A stretch of 64,000 nt of DNA. Source: Takakia lepidozioides (Eukaryota; Plantae; Bryophyta). This document shows positions 60,570 to 64,000 of this stretch, in pieces. Below the pieces are notes generated by a model. It was not told where the DNA came from, made no database searches, and saw only the letters and a program-made list of their open reading frames with translations. The translations under genes were made by a program, and so were the position numbers. The stretch lies in NCBI GenBank assembly GCA_030704615.1, contig CM060732.1, forward strand, positions 28,582,001-28,646,000, given 5' to 3'. Position 1 is the stretch's first letter; the number at the start of each line of letters is the position of its first letter.

Positions 60570-61925
60570 GTACCCGATGTCATTCTGAACACTGCCCTGG
60601 TGGACATGTATGTCAAATGTGGGTGCATCGAGGATGCAAATGGAGTGTTTGACAGTATAGCTGAACGAGATGTGGTGTCGTGGAGTGTGATGATTGCAAG
60701 ATATGCACAGCAAGGGTGCGGGATGGAGGCTTTGGAGACCTATGAGCAAATGATGTGCGAAGGGGTGAAAACCAACCACATCACATTTGTTTGTGCTTGC
60801 AATGCGTGTGCAAGCCTGGGAGCTCTGGAAAAGGGGAAAGAGGTCTATGGTGACATCGTCAAAGCTAGAATTGTACCTGATGTCATCCTGAACACTGCCC
60901 TGGTGGATATGTATGCCAAATGTGGGTGCATTAAGGATGCAAAGGGAGTTAATTTCAACACCATGGCTGAACGAGATGTGGTGTCATGGAACACGACGCT
61001 TGTAGGGGTATGCACAGTAGGGGCGTGGGATGGAGGCTTTGGAGACCTATGAGCAAATGATGGGGGAAGGGGTGGAGCCACATCACGTTTGTGTGCGTTT
61101 GCAGTTCGTGTGCAAGCCTGGTAGCCCTGGAAAAGGGCAAAGAGGTGCATGGTTGCATCACCAAAGCTGGAATTGTACCAGATGTAATTCTGAACAATAC
61201 CCTCGTGGACATGTGTGCCAAATGTGGGTGCATCAAGGATGCGGAGGGAGTGTTCAACAATATGGCTGAACGAGATTTGGTATCATGGAATGTCATGCTT
61301 GTAGGATATGCACAGCAGGGGCGCGGGATGGAGGCCGTGGAGACCTATGAGCAAATGATGGGTAAGGGGTGAAGTCCGACCACATCACGTTTGTGTGCGT
61401 TTGCAATGCTTGTGCAAGCCTGGCAGCCTTGGAAAAGGGCAAAGGGTGCATGGTGACATCATCAAAGCTGAAATTGTACCAAATGTCATTCTGGACACTG
61501 CCCTGGTGGACATGTATGTGAAATGTGGGTGCATTGAGGATGCAAAGGGAGTATTTGACAATGTGGCTGAATGAAATGTGGTGTCGTGGAATCCGATGAT
61601 CGCAGGATATGCCCAGCATGGTTGTCATGCATGCAGCCACACTGGCCTACTGAATGAAGGAAGACGCTACTTCAATTCCCTGAGTCAACATCATGGTGTC
61701 ACCCTGCTAGTAAAGCACTTTGGCTGCATGGTAGCCTTCTGGACGTGCGGGACAACTACATGAGGCAGGGTACCTGATTAATAAAATGCGAATCAGTCCA
61801 GATGTTGTGGTGTGGAAGCCTTGCTTGGTGCCTGCAGAATCCATGGCAATGTGGAGATGGCTGAATGTGTGGCAACATCTATCCTCAAGTGGGATGAACA
61901 GGATGCCGCGACTTATGTGTTGCTA
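60570..61925 (+). pseudogene. PLS-E PPR pseudogene, truncated in E2
   Basis: Three to four frameshifted PLS triplets, then ACSHTGLLNEG, HFGCMV, LLGACRIHGNVEMAE and ATYVLL. The sequence breaks off there with no DYW. Confidence 0.88.
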
Positions 61926-62407
61926 TAATTCTGGGTTTGGGTGGTGGAGCTTCTCCAAAGCTTGAAGATAGAAGTGAATACGAATTTTAATGAGCTTGAT
62001 GAGAGGGGCAGTCCTATGCACAAGTTTGTTCAGCATCTTAAATTTGGACATGTTTGTTTGTTTCTCATGGTGAGGCTTTGGATGGAGCCCTTGACGAATT
62101 TGCATGAATATTGTCAAAAGCTAGCCTTAATTCACCAAGATCCAATCCCACGGTGGATGCTTGAAAGTTCATATAGTGAATGTAAGGGTATTTGGGTATG
62201 TTGTTACTGATTGATAGGCTTGCGAAAATTGAACATTGAAATGCAGATCCGCCATTTTTCTTCCAGAAAAAACAAAACACGGGATCTCTCCATGTAACAA
62301 CGTGGGGATGACCAACCCCTTTTTTTGTGAAAAATTGAACTTAGTTCGCAGAATTCGTCGCTAGTATTGCGAAGCAACGCGAAGCCCTAGTGTGATAAAA
62401 GAATTAT

Positions 62408-62650
62408 ATACCAACAATCAGTAGCTCAGATGGTTAAGTGCATTGAGTGCCACCCAGATGATTCTAGGGTCAAATCTTGCTACTGACGGGTGGGGTATGG
62501 TTCCTGGGCAGTGTCCCACTCATTCGCCTCCATGGTGCATAAATGAAAGAGGTTATTTTCTTCTCTCACTACTAAGGGGACTGACTTGTGAGCTGTCGCT
62601 CCCAGGTGTTTCCCCTTTTTCAAAAACAAAAAACAAAAAAAAAAACAAAT
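62408..62650 (+). mobile_element. tRNA-derived SINE-like element with A-rich tail
   Basis: A box TAGCTCAGATGG, B-box-like GGTCAAATC, and an (A/C)-rich tail at 62621-62649. Confidence 0.45.
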
Positions 62651-64000
62651 TATGTGGGGAGCCATGAGAGCATCTGGTCAATCATCAAATGCAGTGATTG
62701 TTCAGCCAACTATTCTAGGATTTCTCAGAGCTAAGGAAAATATTTTCCTAGAGCTTTATGCCTTGAAACATGCATTTGGAAATTTGATATTTGGAGTTTG
62801 TTTGAGATTTTAGGCTTTTTTTTTAAAAGTTTCTGGAATTTCGGCAGTTTTTCCTAAATTTTCACTTTAATTATTAGGCAGATTCATTTCTAATTATTTA
62901 GTGCCGGATCAGCCTTCCCACTACGGTACTCGAAGGTTTGACCCTTCCACTTCTACGACCTGCCACAACCATCATACCACCAAGCTATAACCTGTTCTTC
63001 CATTTATTGATTTTTATATTTGTTTTGTAAACATATGAAAATGATCTTGGCATGTACATGTGAATGATCTTGACTGCTATTAATGTGCTATTAATGTGCA
63101 GTTCCTTTTTTCATCCTAGTTGTTTACATGTTCAAAAAGTTCTTTTAGAAGGATTCCAACTCCTCACCTTTTCCTCTTCACTGCATTTAATGTGGTACAC
63201 ACCTCATTAAGTGAACGTTTATGGAACTCCTCCATATTAATATTTCTTACTCACTAGGGCAGGTATATCTACAACATAGGGCTTATCCGAGGGTGCTATA
63301 TCCTCGTTGTAGGTAATGGTGTAGGTATATCAGGGTTACCCCCCTTTTTCAACATTGATGCGTGGTCTCTTCTTGAGGGAGGAGCCAATAAAACAAGGCG
63401 TGAGATACATGTTGTTGACTAATTTGGTATATAATACCAGTGCATATATTGTGCACTTATGAGTCTTTCACCTATATAGCAATACAACACTAGTCTCTAT
63501 CATTTTTACTATAATGTATGTACTATTGTTTTTTTGTACTATTTATTATAGCATATTACATATATATCTTCATATGATATCATTCATAACTTATCACTTA
63601 CCTTTTTGGCAATGAGGGGAAAATGAAAATGGCATTGTGGGCTTGAGTAGAACACATAAAGAACATGAGGAACCTCTGATCACTTGGGATATAAACACAT
63701 TTTATCATTTGATCTATGAATAGATGAATATACATAGACAATCAGCCGTGAATAGAACACATTAAAAACATGAGGAGCATGTGCCCAGCTGGACCCACTC
63801 GAGGTATAAGGTACCTACTTCATGTTGCATATGCATGCATACTAATGTAGTCACTGATCAAGGCCAACCAAAAAATGAAAAAAATGAGTGTAACATGTGC
63901 CTAATTGGGAACTAAAAACTTTCATGTTCCCATTAAGTGAACAACCCATGATATAAGGTTAAGGGCACTTTGGCCAACTTGATGCGTAGTCCCTACCCTG

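Noticed and set aside
62418-62480. tRNA gene (also 51365-51460)
   Set aside because: A and B boxes are present but no acceptor or anticodon stems; better explained as a SINE-like head.

Overview
Nuclear DNA of a seed-free land plant, most likely a bryophyte. This is inferred from the PLS-DYW PPR style, a long NINJA/AFP gene and a CVNH lectin gene. The left half (1-30.9 kb) is nested mobile DNA. A 16.4-kb non-chromovirus Ty3/Gypsy element (6363-22730, minus strand, TSD GGCTT) has extra ORFs on both sides of a disabled gag-pol. Its 5' LTR is interrupted by a 3.4-kb non-autonomous CACTA element (18769-22148, TSD TAA) carrying PPR-gene fragments and a G-box-rich GC island. The Gypsy element splits an older decayed coding region that holds three FCP1/NIF-like (HAD pseudo-phosphatase) domains, and two probable solo LTRs lie nearby. 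The right half holds a two-exon secreted cyanovirin-N homologue (30953-32151), a scrambled PPR/PDF-motif mosaic (33.3-35.9 kb), a two-exon NINJA/AFP-family gene (39368-43878) with an upstream G-box cluster, several MITEs (piggyBac-like, PIF/Harbinger, hAT), an intact PLS-E-DYW PPR reading frame (55738-58278) and further PPR pseudogenes. The most striking recurring theme is an OSB-type 'PDF' ssDNA-binding motif joined to the N-terminus of PLS/DYW PPR genes, with pieces of that gene family dispersed by transposons.
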